DNA of 64,000 nt from Setoptus koraiensis (GCA_048013815.1 CM106586.1:4030001-4094000); one strand, 5' to 3'. Positions 12,988 to 28,061 are shown, numbered from the stretch's first letter. The notes: generated by a model not told the origin, from the sequence alone. Numbers and translations are program-made.

Positions 12988-15008
12988 TTTGCGGCGGCGG
13001 CGGCGGTGAATCTGTGCTGGTGGCGATGCTGCTTCAGCGCTCCGCCGGGCCTGTGCGCTCGGTCGGCGCTGGCCCGGCCCGGCGACGACGAGCCGCCGGC
13101 TACGCCGCCGGGCGCCGCTAGCGGTCGCAAGTGCGACACGCTCATGGTGATCTCGTTGTCCTCGTCGTTGTCCGACGACGGCGCGGCCATGCGAGCACTA
13201 TCATAATTGGGCGCCGGTTGTTGCTGTCGGCCGCTGATGTCGCTGTTGACGTTGCCGTTGATGTTAATGTTGCTGTTGATGTCATTTTCATTTGTTTGCG
13301 GTTGTTGCGTGGTGCTGATTGTCGTCTTGTGCGCTTGTCGTTGGTGTTGCCGTTGTTTTGAGTTGAACTCCCGCAACGACTCCACCGCCCCGTAGTGGCC
13401 CGTGCGCGGCACTTGCATCGGGTACTCGACCTCGTACCCGTAAACGTGTTGCTCCGACGCGGACGGACGTGCTGCTTGCTCGTCTAGGCTCGCTGTGTTG
13501 CTGCCGCTTCTCGCCTCCGCCGCACTCTGCTCCGCACCCAATGCGGGCCCCTCGGCCGCTGTCTTGACGCTGGCGGTTGCGACCGTACCGCTCGGGCTGC
13601 GCGACCTGAACGGACTCAGAGAAAGCAGGCGCTCGATCCACGACGAGGGCTCCTCTTCGACGTGTTGCTGTTGCTGCGGTTGCTGCTGTTGCCTGCTGCT
13701 GTCCGCAGAGCTGAAATGATTCAATTTGCCCATGAGTCTGCTCTTGAGGTCGCCGTTGGCTCGCTGAAGCGCCAACTGACCCGCTATTTGCTGCAAAACG
13801 CTCGCGTGGGTGTATCTCATGGCCTCTATGACTCGCCACAGCAGTTGCAACTCGGAACACTCGATGGACACAACGGACCGCTTGTTCATGTCGTCGAATT
13901 GCTGCTGCCTGTTGCTGCTCGCCGCCATCAGCTGTCTGTTGTTGTTGTTGTTGTTGTTGTTGTGTGTGGCAATCGCTTCCGGTGCAGACCACAACACGCC
14001 AGACGTCATGTCAGATCGTTTGTTTACTGCCCTCTGCTGGGGCAATGTCCCCCTCTCAAACAATTGGCGATCGTCGGCTGACAGTTGTGACAGTTGCTGC
14101 TTGAGCTGTTCGGTCAGCAACGCGCTGGCTATGGTGAGATCCTCCAGCGACACGTCGCCGTCCTCATTATTGTAATTGTTGTTGTTGTTGTTGTTGTTTT
14201 GTAATTTGTCGTTCAACTGTAGGTGTCGCCTGAATCGCGCCAAGTGCTCCTGACTGTCCGAAGACAACAACTGAATAATATTGTTTGGTGTTAATTGTTG
14301 TGAATGATATATGACACTATTTTTCAGTAGTTCAATTTGATTGTTGTCGTCGAGCAGGGGGCGCTGCAACGAGGCATCATTGGTGGCGTATGACCATGAC
14401 CGGATATTTGCTGGATATTGCTGTGATATTGCGCCTGCTGTTGCGGTTGCTGTCGCGGTTGCTGTTGCTGTTGATGGTAATGATAATGGCGATGAAGCTT
14501 GAGATGATAAAGGTGATAATGACAATATAGGCTCGTGATGAGGCTCGCCTGTGTTTGTTTGTGTGGCGTTGGCGTCGCTTGTTATTAGTGAATGACAACA
14601 AATGTTTAGCAGCAATAGCAAAGACGACGATAGTTTTATTCTGTTGGTGCTACAATTGCTCGGCGACACTTTGCATGTCGTTGTTGTGGTTGTGGTTGTT
14701 GTTGCTGTTGTCGTTGTATAAATTGAACGTTTTGAACCTTGCAAATTTTGTAATCGAGCACTGTTAAAATTATTAATTTCTAAATTCTTTCTACAGCCTA
14801 CTTTGGCTGGGCTGTATGTGATGTTTGCGTTGTTGTGTGGCTGCCATTTGCACTGGGAGCGGGCCCTCCATTTCCGGTCGCTGTTCATGTTGTTGTGATT
14901 GAGTGTGCTTGTCTTGTTTTGGGCAGCCGGCTCAGCTAAGTCACTAGTGGGGCCGTTGCCGATGAGTATATTGCCAATTGGATGGTGCCAACACAGCACG
15001 CGTGCCAT
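11145..15008 (-). CDS. Hypothetical ~951-aa low-complexity protein, possibly secreted or precursor-like; no recognised family
   Basis: Two long ORFs (692 aa and 289 aa) are joined by a phase-1 intron: donor TAC G|GTAAGTA at 12938/12937 and acceptor pyrimidine tract tttccag|GA at 11930/11929. The CDS is 15008-12938 plus 11929-11145. Composition (Q/N/T runs) matches the genuine Neto and HR96 ORFs. The true start is uncertain. Confidence 0.7.
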
Positions 15009-15159
15009 CTTGAATTTGATTTGACAATTATTTGATGAAACTAACTAAACTAACAAGTTGCAAGTCTCTCTTGTCACTCGTCGTGCACTGTCGCCAACTT
15101 ATAATGTCGCTCGTAGATTGTCGCCACTGAATTGTCACTCTCGAATTGTGGTGATGTTG

Positions 15160-15272
15160 TCGATACTGATTTGGCGACTTGTTTGGCCTATTGAAATGAG
15201 GCGACTCGTTTGGCGTATTGAATTGGGGCGACTCTTTTGGCTTGTTGAAATGGGGCCACTCGTATTGAACTG
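15160..15272. repeat. ~27-bp degenerate minisatellite (ggcgactcgtttggcgtattgaa core, ~4 copies)
   Basis: Tandem degenerate copies with no unique spacers. Confidence 0.75.
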
Positions 15273-18200
15273 ATGCTGGCAATTGTTGTGATTGGTGCTC
15301 GATGGCGGTTGTATCAGTGTGACTGGTAACACTAGAATGCGGCTAAAATTATCGCTCACTTATTGCTCATTTGTTATAACTGCTCGTTGTGACTTACAGC
15401 TCATGTCAGAGACGCTACAGCGAGAATGTCAAGCCAGCCAGATTCTTGAACTCACTCCACTGGCTGGGCCAATGTCACCAATTATGATGAATGGAACACA
15501 CAGACACACGAGAAGCATTTAGAGCAAACAAAATCCTATTTATATCTTCTTCTTCTTCTTTATATATCTCGCTATTTTATCTAGCTGATGCAGCCAGCTG
15601 AAGCGACGACAGCGACACAGGACAAAGTCAACAAGGAGCGCACATTCTCATTCTCTCGGCAGTCTCAATTGGTCGCTTAGTTTCGTGTCGTGTCGTATCG
15701 CAACGTATCTCGTCGTATCTCGTCGTATCTCATCGTATCGTTTCGTTTCATTGATAAATATAAACAGTAGTAGTATGCTGGCGCACATGCGCCCTTCGTG
15801 CTAGCCTGTGGGAAAGAGAGATATTTGTTGAGTGAGATTGTTGTTTGTAGAGGATCCTCGCTCGCTTGCCAGCGCCGCTAGCTTGCCGATGCATGATAAG
15901 ACTTTGCGTTTTCCTTGTGCCAAAATTAATAATAATAAAGCAAAGTTGGTAACAACAATTTGTTGTTGCCGAGTTGCGCAGTTGCGCGACGCTGCTCGCT
16001 TTGCACAACTTTTGCCATCGTTCCTGTTTCATTCATACATTTTTCGCGCTGCCATAGCGCACACACACACACACACGCTGGGCCCCAAACAGCTGACGGC
16101 GTGGCCAGTGGCTAAATTTGAATGGCGTCATCTTCGCATCCACTGTACCTATATGGCCGCACAGCCATATAGCACGGCCATATAGCGCGGCTGCCATATA
16201 GCACACGCACAGGTGCCGCTTCCGGTGGCCGTAACGCCATTAGCGGTGGTTGCAGCATGTGCGCGTTAATGGTGCGCTTGCACAGAGCAGCCCTTACGTG
16301 CAGGCGTGTAATGGCCAATGGCCTATTATGTCACCATTATGTCACACCTTGCCGAATCACTGGTCAGTTTGCACAGGCACAGGGCACAGGCAGCGGGCAC
16401 AGGCATCGGGCACAGGCACACCCGACTGGCTTTGGACTGTCGAGCCGGCTGCTCGGGGCTGTTGAGCGCGTGTTGCGCGTGCTGGGCGCGCGTCGAGACG
16501 CCCACGCATGAGCCAGGCAAAGATTAAAAGTGGCCAGCGGAGAGCGAACGAGCGAATGAGAGAGAGAGAGAGAGAGAGAGAGACAACAACAACAAATAAT
16601 GACAAGTGGCAATACGAACAAGTTGCATTATTTATGCAAGCTGCGCACTTATGAGCCCACTAAGCGGGTTATGTAACCAGGGTAACGCGGCTGTGTAATT
16701 GTGCTGCGCCTTGTGTGACAATTGTTGTGTGTTTCTCCGCTCGTTGGCTGGCTGACTGACTGACTGGCTGGCTGGCTGGCTCAAATGGCTGGCGGTTGTT
16801 TTGTCTGGGGCGCTTGTTTCGTCTGGGGCCGTTGCCGACTGGCAGCAAAGGGGCGCCAATTGAAATGTTGGGGCCCACGAGGCAATCATAGTGTCGGCGG
16901 TTGTAGGCAGCCTGTAAATGTTTGCATCATTAGTGTGCGCGTACAAGTGGAGCGAATCCATGGCGCATTACGATTATCAATAATGCTCACGTTACAATGC
17001 AAACAAACGAGACGATAACGCCGACAACACTCCACTGGGGCGCAATTATATGTTATGTATTATATGTTGCCGGCAACAGTCACGCCGCCGACGGTTAGGC
17101 CGCCAATAGTGGCGTTGCAAACATTCGCGCTGCAAACAGTTACGTTGCGAACAGGTGAGCTGGTAACGATGCTCGAGTTTGCTCTTGTGCATCAAATTCG
17201 CGCTCACCGGTTGATAACGGATAGATGGATAATAGATGATAGATTCATCACGAGCCAGCCATGAATGTTTGCTCTCTCCCCCTGCGAACGTTGATCTGCG
17301 AACGTTGCTCTTGGAACGTTACTCTGCGAACGCTACTCTGCGAACGCTACTCTTCAAACGTTACTCTTCGAGGGCCTCTTATACAGCAGTCATAAGTATG
17401 ACTGTTGTGCGGATACTCTCGCGGCTCGTGTTATTGCTCTCATGACGGATACCGTTTGTGTATTATATCGTGTATAACACTCAGTTACCGATCCCCGTTG
17501 AGTGTGCAGCGGGCCCGGCGACACTCGACGGGCCCCTCCGGCCACCAACGGCTGCCGACTGACGGATAATTCAAGCCGACGCATAATTGGAGCCGACGCA
17601 TTCAAGTGCGACCCGTTCAAGTGGCGACTGGCGAGCCAGTGTTATGATTGGCCGCCGACCAGCAAACCGACCCGAGCTCGACGAACCAATTTCCATTTAG
17701 AAACAAAAGCTTTTAATGGGCCCATAATATAAATGTTCGATTATCGCGCCCATCCGATAGTGTGAGGCCCGAAACACGAGCTAGTGCTCGTGTATCGGAT
17801 GTTATCTCTCTGGTTATCTCACATTGTGTGCGAACCGTCGCACGGCTATCGCGCCCAGTTATCGCGCTCAGCTATTGCGCTCGGTTAGCATGGGGCGCCC
17901 GTCATATTATTGAACGTAACGTGTAAATTCGACACTAATCTGTTGTGATTGTTTTTTAGTTAATGCAACGACCATTTCTATCAACAAGAGCGAAAGCCGG
18001 CCCAACGCGGCCACACAAACGCGATATCGACACGATTCGACGGACGGCGCAAAACAAACAACGGATAACGCGCCGTTCCGGCAAACAATCATCATTTGCC
18101 AGAACCGAGATTTGTTGTTGATGCGCCGGGCGCGCATTACATTGAATTGCACATAATGTATAATATAATGTATAATTGTACACCGATAATTGTCGAAACT

Positions 18201-21200
18201 GGGCCGCCCCAACAATGCTCAATGATTCAGCGATGCCCAATGGCGTCGGCCCGGTGCGGCGACACGGGCAGCGCAAACAAGGCCGTAGAGCAGTGCAAAT
18301 AATGGCCACCGTTATTCGCCAGCAGTTAAATGCGTTTTTTGGGGCACACACAATTAACAGTTGAAATGGACGAGCTCGCCAGCCGATGCAAATGACGCGC
18401 CGATGGACACTTGTCAGTGTTGCACAAGGTCAGTTATCAAGTTTTGCATGGGGCGCGCAAGTTGCAGCGCGCCAAGTCACACGGGGGCCCGTGTGAGGCC
18501 GATTCCGTGGCGGGGGTGGGCGATTGCGTGCGCGATTATGAGCATGGCAAGCGCAACGATAACACAAACGACTGCTGTTTGCCATCAACTTGAGATAAAC
18601 TTGAGCTTGCACGGGCCAATGGCCACGCTACGCTTTATCTCAAGTCAGTCGCTCGGCCGGCTCAGCGAGTCGCCAAATGGGGCCGCACAACAACTAATCA
18701 TGACAACAATCGCCGACCACTCATTAGCCGCCAACGCTGTTGGCATCTCATTTGAATAGTTAGTTAATTTGCGTGGGCCTCATTAACTGAGCGCTGCATG
18801 TTGGATGTCGGCAGTCGACAGTTGACAGTGCAGCGCGCGAGCCAGAGCTGCTTTCAATTGTCGTCTTGCGGCTTGACTAAACGACTTCCGTCTCACTGCC
18901 CGCACAGCGCGCCGGCCCGCCGACTTGCCAGCGAGATTTGCTGCCAGCGAGATTTGCTGTCGGCGAGATTTAAGGCCGGCGAGATTTTGCCGCCATTAGC
19001 GTGCGCTTGGTTGCCCGGCCGGTTGTTATCTCGACAGCGGCACGACGGCGAGGCGACGGGACGGCGAGGCGACGGGACGGCGAGACGGGCGAGCGCTCGT
19101 CAAGCTACAAACTGCGTGTCACTGTTGGCGCGTCGCCGAGCGTCAACCGCGCTACAAGCGCGCACCTTTGCACACCGTTCCGGTGCGATATGGCTGCGTG
19201 CCGCACGCCACTATCGGCCCGATAGTATCGGGCAGTTACACCCACACGCGGCCACACGCGGCCGCAACACTATCCGACTGGCCGGCTGAAATGCCACGCA
19301 CTGCCGAGATATGCGGCCGGCGGGCCGGCCGCATATCTCGGGCAAATGGCTGATCATTATTTATTTATAGCGCCTATTTATAGCGCGTGTGTCGAGTTAC
19401 TTTGCTTATCGAGTTATCGCTGCAGTCGCAACTGTCCATTACGGGTAGTGGCACGGTTTTGTTTGGCCGGCCCATGTAAATATAATTTGCGCCACACCGC
19501 CAGCCATGGGCGCTGGCCCGCAGTTGAACGGGCGCTGGGCAAACAACATTATCGATAGTGGATCAACTTTAAAAGTTTTTCAATCGGACAAGTTGCACGC
19601 ACTTCGAGCCGCGAGCTACGAGCGAACCTGTTTTAGGGGCAGTTGTGCCGGCACACATTTCAATATCCGGCTGCACCGTTGGCTGGTCAGCGGCACTCTG
19701 GCGCGCACAATACATATAGAGGCTCCATGACCGAGTGACATCCGATACCCGCGCTGGTACGCGCGCGCGCTTGTGTGCGCCGCGGTGATATATGCGCTCG
19801 ATAATGCGCTCGATAATGCGCTCGATAATGCGCCCCCTTATGCGACGCGTACTGCCACGGGTAATGCGACGGGTAATGCGCCCGCTATGAGTGGCCGGTG
19901 CGGCCACTATTATGCTGAAATGCTAATTATGTGCACGTAAACCTGGTTGCCCGGTTACATGAATATGCATTCGTTGTGTAATCCGGCGCCGCTGTTTAAT
20001 TTGCTGTTATGTAGCAATGCGGCGCCGTCGTTTGTCATTAACCATTAGCGTTATATAAATCAATATAAATGCGCCTATGTAAATTACCGGTATCACCGGT
20101 AGCGCCACCAAGCACACGCCGGCCCGCCACTAGCCCGTGGGCATCGAACGGGCGCCAAAACAATTGGCCGCATGTCGGTCTCACCAATATGCCACTAATA
20201 TAATTAGCGCACTACTACCTGCGTCATTCACCTGTGTGATTTGCCCGTGATTCGCCTGTGTGATTTGCTTGTGTGATTCGGCCGGTGTCACTCACCTGGC
20301 GCGATCGGCGTGACAGGGGGCGCCGTGTCAAACAATCGCGTGATGAATTAATTTTGAAAAATGTTGAATCAATCAGTGGCCAGCAGGCAAACGCAGCCCG
20401 ATGGTAATTTTTGCAACACGAAATATGTGGGCCAGTGTGTCGCAATGTCCGGATGATTGCTTCGTGTCGCATGGCGTGGCCCCCAGTACCGATAACACGA
20501 TATAATGATGATATAATTACACAATAATGCCAAAACATGCCCGATCGTCACAGAACCGTGTGATGGGGGCACCGTATGCTGTTGTGAGCGGTTCGGCTCG
20601 CCAATCTCAACGGCCATCGCTGAATCGCCAGCTCGGGGCCGCCCGCAGCCACGACGCTCACGGCCATCGGTGAGGCCGAAACAATTATGGCGCCAGCGTC
20701 AATTTGCACCAATCCAATTGAGGCCCCTGGCCAGTGTTTGCCGGCCGCCTCACATATATTGCCGGCCGTCTCTCATGTATTGCCGGCCGTCTCACATATA
20801 TAGCCGGTTGTTTGCTGATCAACTGTCATGCGACCGGCAATATATACAATATATATAATATATATGATATTGCCGCCACTGCCAGCAGCAGAAATATATT
20901 GGCCGTTGCTGAGATTGCCGGTGTGACACTGCCCGACGGCCGCTCGCTGCAAACTGCAAACTGGCCCCACACTGGCCAAACTGGCCCCCGCTCGAACTGT
21001 CCGCCTCCAATCGGCCAATTGACAAGTTAAATCGATATGTCCAATCAATTTGCCTGCCGGACACCAGTGGCCAGGCTGGCCGGCCCGTTTTTACCTGCAT
21101 TTCCTGCGTCTGCAAGATCATTATTATTATATCATTATTATTATTGGACGCCCACGCAATTGTTGATGTGGCCCAGTGACGCCGGCCAGACCCACTGAGC

Positions 21201-24200
21201 ACAATTAATAATGATGGCATTGTCGCATCGGTGACATTATTTGGCGATTACATCAGTGACATTAGTCGGTGATATATGGATGCTCGCTGGCGATAATACA
21301 AATCCATGCAAGTCAACGGCGCAATCAGTGGCAACTGTTGACTTGCACACTCGATGATATATTGTTCAATATTGCCGATGCACTGTCAAACGAGCTGCTG
21401 TCCAACATACTTAATCGCATATTTCAAGTGACGCGAAACTAACTTTGGCTAGTTAGCAACACAAAATGAGCGACACGCACAATGAGTGAAATGTCATTCA
21501 AAGTTCAGACGGATCAAAGTGATCTAATTTGAGAGATTGGGCCTCAATGGGCGCTTGCGATCAATAATGGCGCAGATGAGACAAACACAAGTGCGACGAC
21601 AGCGACGATAGCGGCTCCTCAGGCTCAAGCAACCGGTCGCTTGTGCACACCGTGAGCTTGCCATACATGACGTTATATCATTATGACACCATTAGTACAA
21701 GCCAGAGGCACCACGCCATCTTGCACGAGATGTCACAAGTCGAGACACTTGCCCGCAATGCAGACTTGGCGAGATTAACAAATCGATCGATCAATCGCGC
21801 GCCTGGCCCCAATTGGCCCGGCTGGCCCCAACTGGCCCCAATCAACTGCGCGATCGCTGCACAGGCTGCAAAGTCATTAGACGGAAATTTGAATGGGGAC
21901 ATTCATTCATAAATAGCGGCATCATTACGACAGGCAGCGGTAGTTTGTGCTGAGTGCAGTTACATGCCGAGTTACATAATGCCGAGTTACATAATGCCGA
22001 GTTACATAATGCTCGAGTTGTTGCTCATCAGCGGCGACCCGAGCTCGCCCGACAGCGACTCGGGGTCGGCCGACAGCGACAACAGGGAGCTCATGCGAAG
22101 CTATTTACAGTTATTTGTTCTTGTGAATGGTGCATGCTGTCATGAATGGCGCTTTTTGGTGGTTGCGGGGGGGGAGGCGGGGGCACAAAATGGCGGATTT
22201 GTGGGCTCCATTCATTGGGGCCCACAAATCTGTGGCCGTGGGGATAATATTGAGGAAGCTTGTGATCTCTGGCGCAAAATATTATCATTTACATATGAGT
22301 GGCAGCGCAATATCTGGCTTGGTTGTGTGGCAATGTCACAGCGTCACACAGTGGAGAACGGGGGCTCCGTTGTGTGGGTATCAAGTCACACACACACACA
22401 CACTGTGCGATATTGACACAAATACTGGCGATCGTGATACAAATCGGCCGCACACTGATATAGCACCCGTAGCAGTTTATCGCAGTGGAAGACAGTTGAA
22501 TAGTGGCTGCAGTGATGATAAACACAAGTTTGTCTGAGAGTTAGTTTAGCTGAAAGAGAGAGAGAGAGAAGTTGAATTAGATCACTGGCACAACTGGCCG
22601 CCTTCTTGCTCATTCTACTTTTCTACGTGAACGCATTCTGGCGCGTGCCACCAACTTGATGTGATTGCGTGGGCGTTCAACAGCAGCAACGACAACAACG
22701 ACAACGACAGCAATAACAACAATGCTAGACGGTCGCTTTATTATAGTCGCTGGCTATGTATTATATTACAGCAGCAGCAACAGCAGCAACAACGCGGGCA
22801 CCGAGGCGCGCGTTGCTGCAACGTGATGTGTCGTGCCTCCGTTCACTTTTGTCCAATGGTCGCAATGAAAGAAAGATACTGTCTCTTTGTGTGTAATTTC
22901 GCTGCGTTCGTGCGCTCTCACAATCCAGCCAGGTGGCCATAGCAGCCTGGCCGCTAACTGATTTGAGCTCACTGAGCAACTGAGTCGGCAGTCACAATTA
23001 CAAATACACCTGTACCCGTCGGCAGTGGCAGATTGGGCCCGACAAGACGAGATAAGACGACAACGGACAACAAATGATTAGTGATGCGCCGGCCAACAAT
23101 AACTTAACTGGGGGGGGGGCCGCTGCTCATTGGCAGTATGCCGATAGTGACTGACGGACTGGCCATGATTATGTAACACGTAAGCCTCACTTGACATGTG
23201 CTGATGGGTGCACAGCACGCCGCCGGGCTAGCGGTATTATACTCTGACTTGTGAGTATATCGGCGAGCAGAGCTGACAGTCTATGACCATGCTAATTGGC
23301 ACAGCGACCCAAATACTCACAGCGCGGATATGGCACAGATGCGGCACAGATAATTTGTTGCCGTTTGTTGGCAGTTGTCGCCAGTTGTCAGGCCATGTCG
23401 CTGACCAGCTCCATAAATGGACAATGATGGTGACAAAAGGCCAGTTCTTCTTGCTAACCGCGCTCACAATCCGCCGCCATGAATACCGCCGATCGTTATC
23501 AGCTCACGCGAGGCTTATCGTGAACCGGCCCGAGGCCGGTGGGGCCAGACGCGAACAGACTCGAGGAGCGGCCCATTGCGCAGCTCGGGCCGCTTCGACT
23601 TTTTTTTACAAGGTAACTTGCTAGGTGCTAAACAGTGTTCAGTGAATGACTGACATCACTGGTGACAGACAGATGGTTTTTAGATCGAAAAATGACCACT
23701 GCAAGACACAATATATATAAATACAAACCAATAATGGACGCCCAGCGAGCAAGTCGTCAACTGTTTGGCATGAACGAGTGTCGGCGGGGTGTCACACGAT
23801 TCACCTGTGCCCTCTTTTCATCGGCTTCTCATTGATGGGCCCCGGGGCCCGTGCCCTTTTGCGTCATTTGTTGTCGCGGCCGTTTGTTGTTGTCATTCGT
23901 TGTTGACTTGTCATTTGTGTTGTGTTGTTGGCACAAGCACACACACACGTCAACAACTGTTTTGTTATACTGTAATATTTCATATCTGCGCCATCATATC
24001 TGGTGCGTGGGCAGGCCAATAATCGTCGCCGATGGCCCAATGTCGAAGGGGGCGAACGACCAATGACAAATGACAACAGGCGACTGACAACAGGCGACCG
24101 ACGGCAGGCGACTGACAAACGACAGCTGACAAATGACAACCGACAAACAGCCCAATGGAGAGGCCGGCTCTATATGCCGGTATGCAATAACAGGTTGCAT

Positions 24201-27200
24201 ACCGGCATATAGCAGGTGCAGCGTGATTGGGCAAGGGTTGCCGGCGAGCCGGCGAGCGAGCGGCGGACAAACAAGTCAATAACAAGTGTTATCGGGTCTC
24301 GCTCACTCGGTGCCGATTGACACCGATCGCCATGGTTACGCTGGGCGCCTGTTTGTCGCACGGGTTCATATGGCGCGACAAAAATATATCGGTGGTATAA
24401 ATATGTGAGCGCACAATGGGTGTCGTGTCTGGTCGGGCCGCATGCATGCGGGGCATTCACGATGCCCGACACAAACAATCATGATCGATGTGGTGGCTGG
24501 CTTTTGAAAAATGCCAAATGTGCGAATGAACTACGACAAACGCATTAATATTATTTGTATTTCTTTGTGTACTCAGTTGTTATGTAATGTGCATTGGTTG
24601 CAACGGCAGCATTTAGCGAGAGAGAGAGAGAGAGAGAGAGATACATTTAATTTATGCACGGCACCTCTGCACAAAAGCGGCTACCATCAACTACTGTATC
24701 GACTCCCCCGCTCGCACGATCGCTTTGCTAACAGTGGCACGATCAACATTGGCTGCTCGTGCCACTATCGACTGTCTGTCGGCTAGCGGCATGACGTAAC
24801 GTTCTTTGGTTGGGTGCAACATTTGTTTGTCTTGCCAGCAGCCATGTCGTTGGCAATCAAGACGCAATGAGCCGTAGTGTTAGCTTGTAACTATGGCTTA
24901 TTTATAACTTATAACTGTGACTTATTTGGTGACGGCGAGCGAGTCAATTGAGTCTGTTGAGTCATGCCAAATGATGATGGCATCCATTCAATTATTGGTG
25001 CCGCTTCTCGAGCCACAATCTCAAGCGCCAATCCAAAGCGACAATCTCAAGCGACAAAACGGCCGTAAACACAAACGTCATCCGTTTTGCGGTGACAAAC
25101 AGTGACAACACTAGTAATCGCCAATAAATGAGCGACACAGGCCAATAAATGAGCGACACACAGGCCATGACATCAGCGCACAATTGCCACCGTTGCCGAT
25201 ACTCATAATTATGGCGCCAATTATCATGATAATCATCGCGCTCATTACGAACGACAAGCCACTAACGAGGCCGGCTGCCAGAGCCTCGCGCCCGGCCACA
25301 ACGCACAGCTAGCTGGAGAAAATTATATAATAGTTATATATATAAACATCTAATTATATACTTGACTTATATCAGTTGACTTGGCTTGTAAAAAATGAGT
25401 TATGATGCCAATGCGGCACCCACGGCGCCGACCCTAATGACTGCGAGCGAGCCAGCCAGCCTCATGCCGTCACCATTAATCTCGCTATAAGCTCGCTCGC
25501 CTTGCAGCGCATAGTGTTGCTCGTTGCTTGTTTGCCGGCTGGCCGCCAGTTGGAGCGTGACTAACAGTCAGTTTGCTCGCTAGCTCGCTTGTTGTTTTGT
25601 TTGTTTGCGGCCTCTCAAGTCTGGCGAGCGAAGCTTGATTTCCAACGGTGCGCTCGCGCGCCACCCAAGCGATGAGCGAACCGATTACGCGACCAGCCCA
25701 AGACTCTCTGGCAAGTGCACAAATAATCAGAAGCTTGCCAGCATCTGATTATTGTTGTTGAGCCGGTTGGCTGGCTGGCTCCGCTAAATAATCCAAAAAT
25801 AAAAAGTAATGTTGCAATGAGCGCGCTTACGCCGCCCGAATAAGGCACAAATTTTATTGTTGCCAGAAAATGCGCGCGCGCGCGCCAAATTGTAAATAGA
25901 TAATTCTATCAATTGACACCAATTTTTCATCATATTACTTTTGGCCTATTTTTAGTCACAACAAACTGCTGCTGCCGCTGCTGATGGTCCCAAAATGAAA
26001 AATCGTGTCAACTCGACGGCCACCGGCAGCAAGCAGGTGCCGACAAACAGATAGTTTTTTATTGTCGTGCTTATTTGCATAATCACACAAAGCCAGCGCG
26101 CTCGTTTGGCTCGCACCTTGCGGGGCGCCATTTGTTGTTCATCGCCCCCTCCCCCTTTATTCTTTCGCCGGGCACAAATTTGCCAAGGCAGACATTTTCT
26201 AGCCGTGTTGAGGCATTGTGTGTGTGCGCGCGTCGCCCACCCCCAACGCCCAACAACCTGGAAACTACTAAGCGACGCTCATCGCCACTCAAGCTGCTGG
26301 CTCAATTGCTCGCGTAAAATAAATTTGAATAAAATCTCTGTTGAATTTGCGAGCCAGTGAGAGTGAGCGATAAAATCACGACACACACACTCGCCATTCC
26401 AAGAAGTTGGCACGGCTAATACGGTGGCCGTTCGAGATAAAAATTGAACACTTTTCGTCTTCTGGCTCATTACTTGCGCCCCAAAAATGCAGGCGTGGCA
26501 CGTACATGGGAAATGGACGAAAATGCCAAAAGGTAATTTAAATGACGCTCACTGGCGAGCTAGCTATGTGCCAAATATAGATAAGCGTAACAGCAAGCAA
26601 ACTGGCAGCTCACCAGTGGCCAGATAAGGTGCTAGAATGCAGCGGCTGCAGCGGTGGCCCAACGATCGTTAATGATTCTCGAGGCCACAATATACACCGT
26701 GGGCGAAATGTCGCCGCCGGGTGTCGCTGCCGGTGTTGTCGCAACAAACGCCTTGTCCCAGCAAACAAGCGGGCGGGCGGGCGGACAGATATTGAGATTC
26801 GCCAAAAGCGGGAGAGCAATATTAGTAACATGCCACCAATCGCCTGACGGGAAGCCTTCCTTGAGCCTTGAGCTTGACAGGGGGGAACTTGCGCCAGCTG
26901 TCGCTGCTGTATACCTGCAGTAGTATAGTGGGCCTCAGTGGGCTCATTGTAATCAGAGCTCGAAGGAGTCACTCTGCCAGGTGATGGACACAGGCCAGGC
27001 ACGAGTTAATTGGCGAGATCAACCAATGAAGATTCGCAAGACTCTGGCTGTACTATCCCGCAGATGATAACGTGGACTTGTCAGCGTTGACATTAATGAT
27101 GAGTGCTCCTAAAAAACTATATGGCTGACTCGAGCCGATTACTCAGCCTAAATAATGTGTGACTCACATAGATAATTGTCATTCACACTGTTAGTTGGAA

Positions 27201-28061
27201 CATCACTCCCGTTCGAGGTTTGGCCGACATATGAATGTCCGACATACTCGCTGTCGCTGCAGCGAGGCCCAGAATTGATCTACATCTCGAGTGCAGTGGT
27301 AAATTGCTCGATCGATCAATTCGTTGGGTCAATTAGCTGCTTGTGGATAGTTTGCGCGCAAACAACGTGACAACAAACCCCTCTGAATGTAGGCTTATAT
27401 AAACAAACGGTGTATATATATATAATAATAATAAATGTATATATACACATATATATACAAGAGATTACACAATATGCATTTATATATATACACACACACG
27501 AAAATAGCGTACTCAAATGTACTCTTGTGAGATTTACTGAGCCCATCATGCCTGTCAAGCCAGTCGACAGTTCAATTATGTCTTGGTTCACTCATTAGCG
27601 GTGGCCGGACTGAAACAAGCTACCAATATGCATAATCTGGCACTACTAAATCAATGCCACATGCACCTCATAACATTTCATGTTGAGGTATAGGTAAACT
27701 GCCTCGAGATGAATGGTCACCCAACCATTACAGTAAAGGCGATAACTGGCGTACGCCCATGACATCTTCCTGTCAAGTCGACATTGGACCAAGTTGTCCG
27801 TTGGCGTAGGATCACGCACAAGCTTGTGTGAGAAGCTTCTGTAAAGAATGTATACATTCGTGAACCAATTAGATCAAACATCAGATAGGATATCTCATTC
27901 CGGTGTGTGTCTGTGTGCTATTAATAGTTGGATCTGTTATGTCACAATCAGTGGGGTCACTTTTGACACACTAGCTGGTCAACAACAATCTCATGGCAAA
28001 TTGCAAGCCCAACAACAACAACAATTAACAACATGCGAATCGATCCTTTGGATTGTGTTGA

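Noticed and set aside
13288-14175. Plus-strand ORFs (234, 139 and 121 aa) opposite the orphan gene
   Set aside because: Antisense shadows of CAA/CAG/AAC repeats that translate as poly-V/L/C runs.
15160-15272. Repeat array resembling CRISPR
   Set aside because: Eukaryotic context, contiguous degenerate units, no unique spacers and no cas genes.
21560-22416. Ser/Asp-rich ORF fragments (DSDDSGSSGSSNR, DSDSGSADSDNR)
   Set aside because: They start in a 15-bp tandem repeat or after stops; no joinable splice sites or family similarity.
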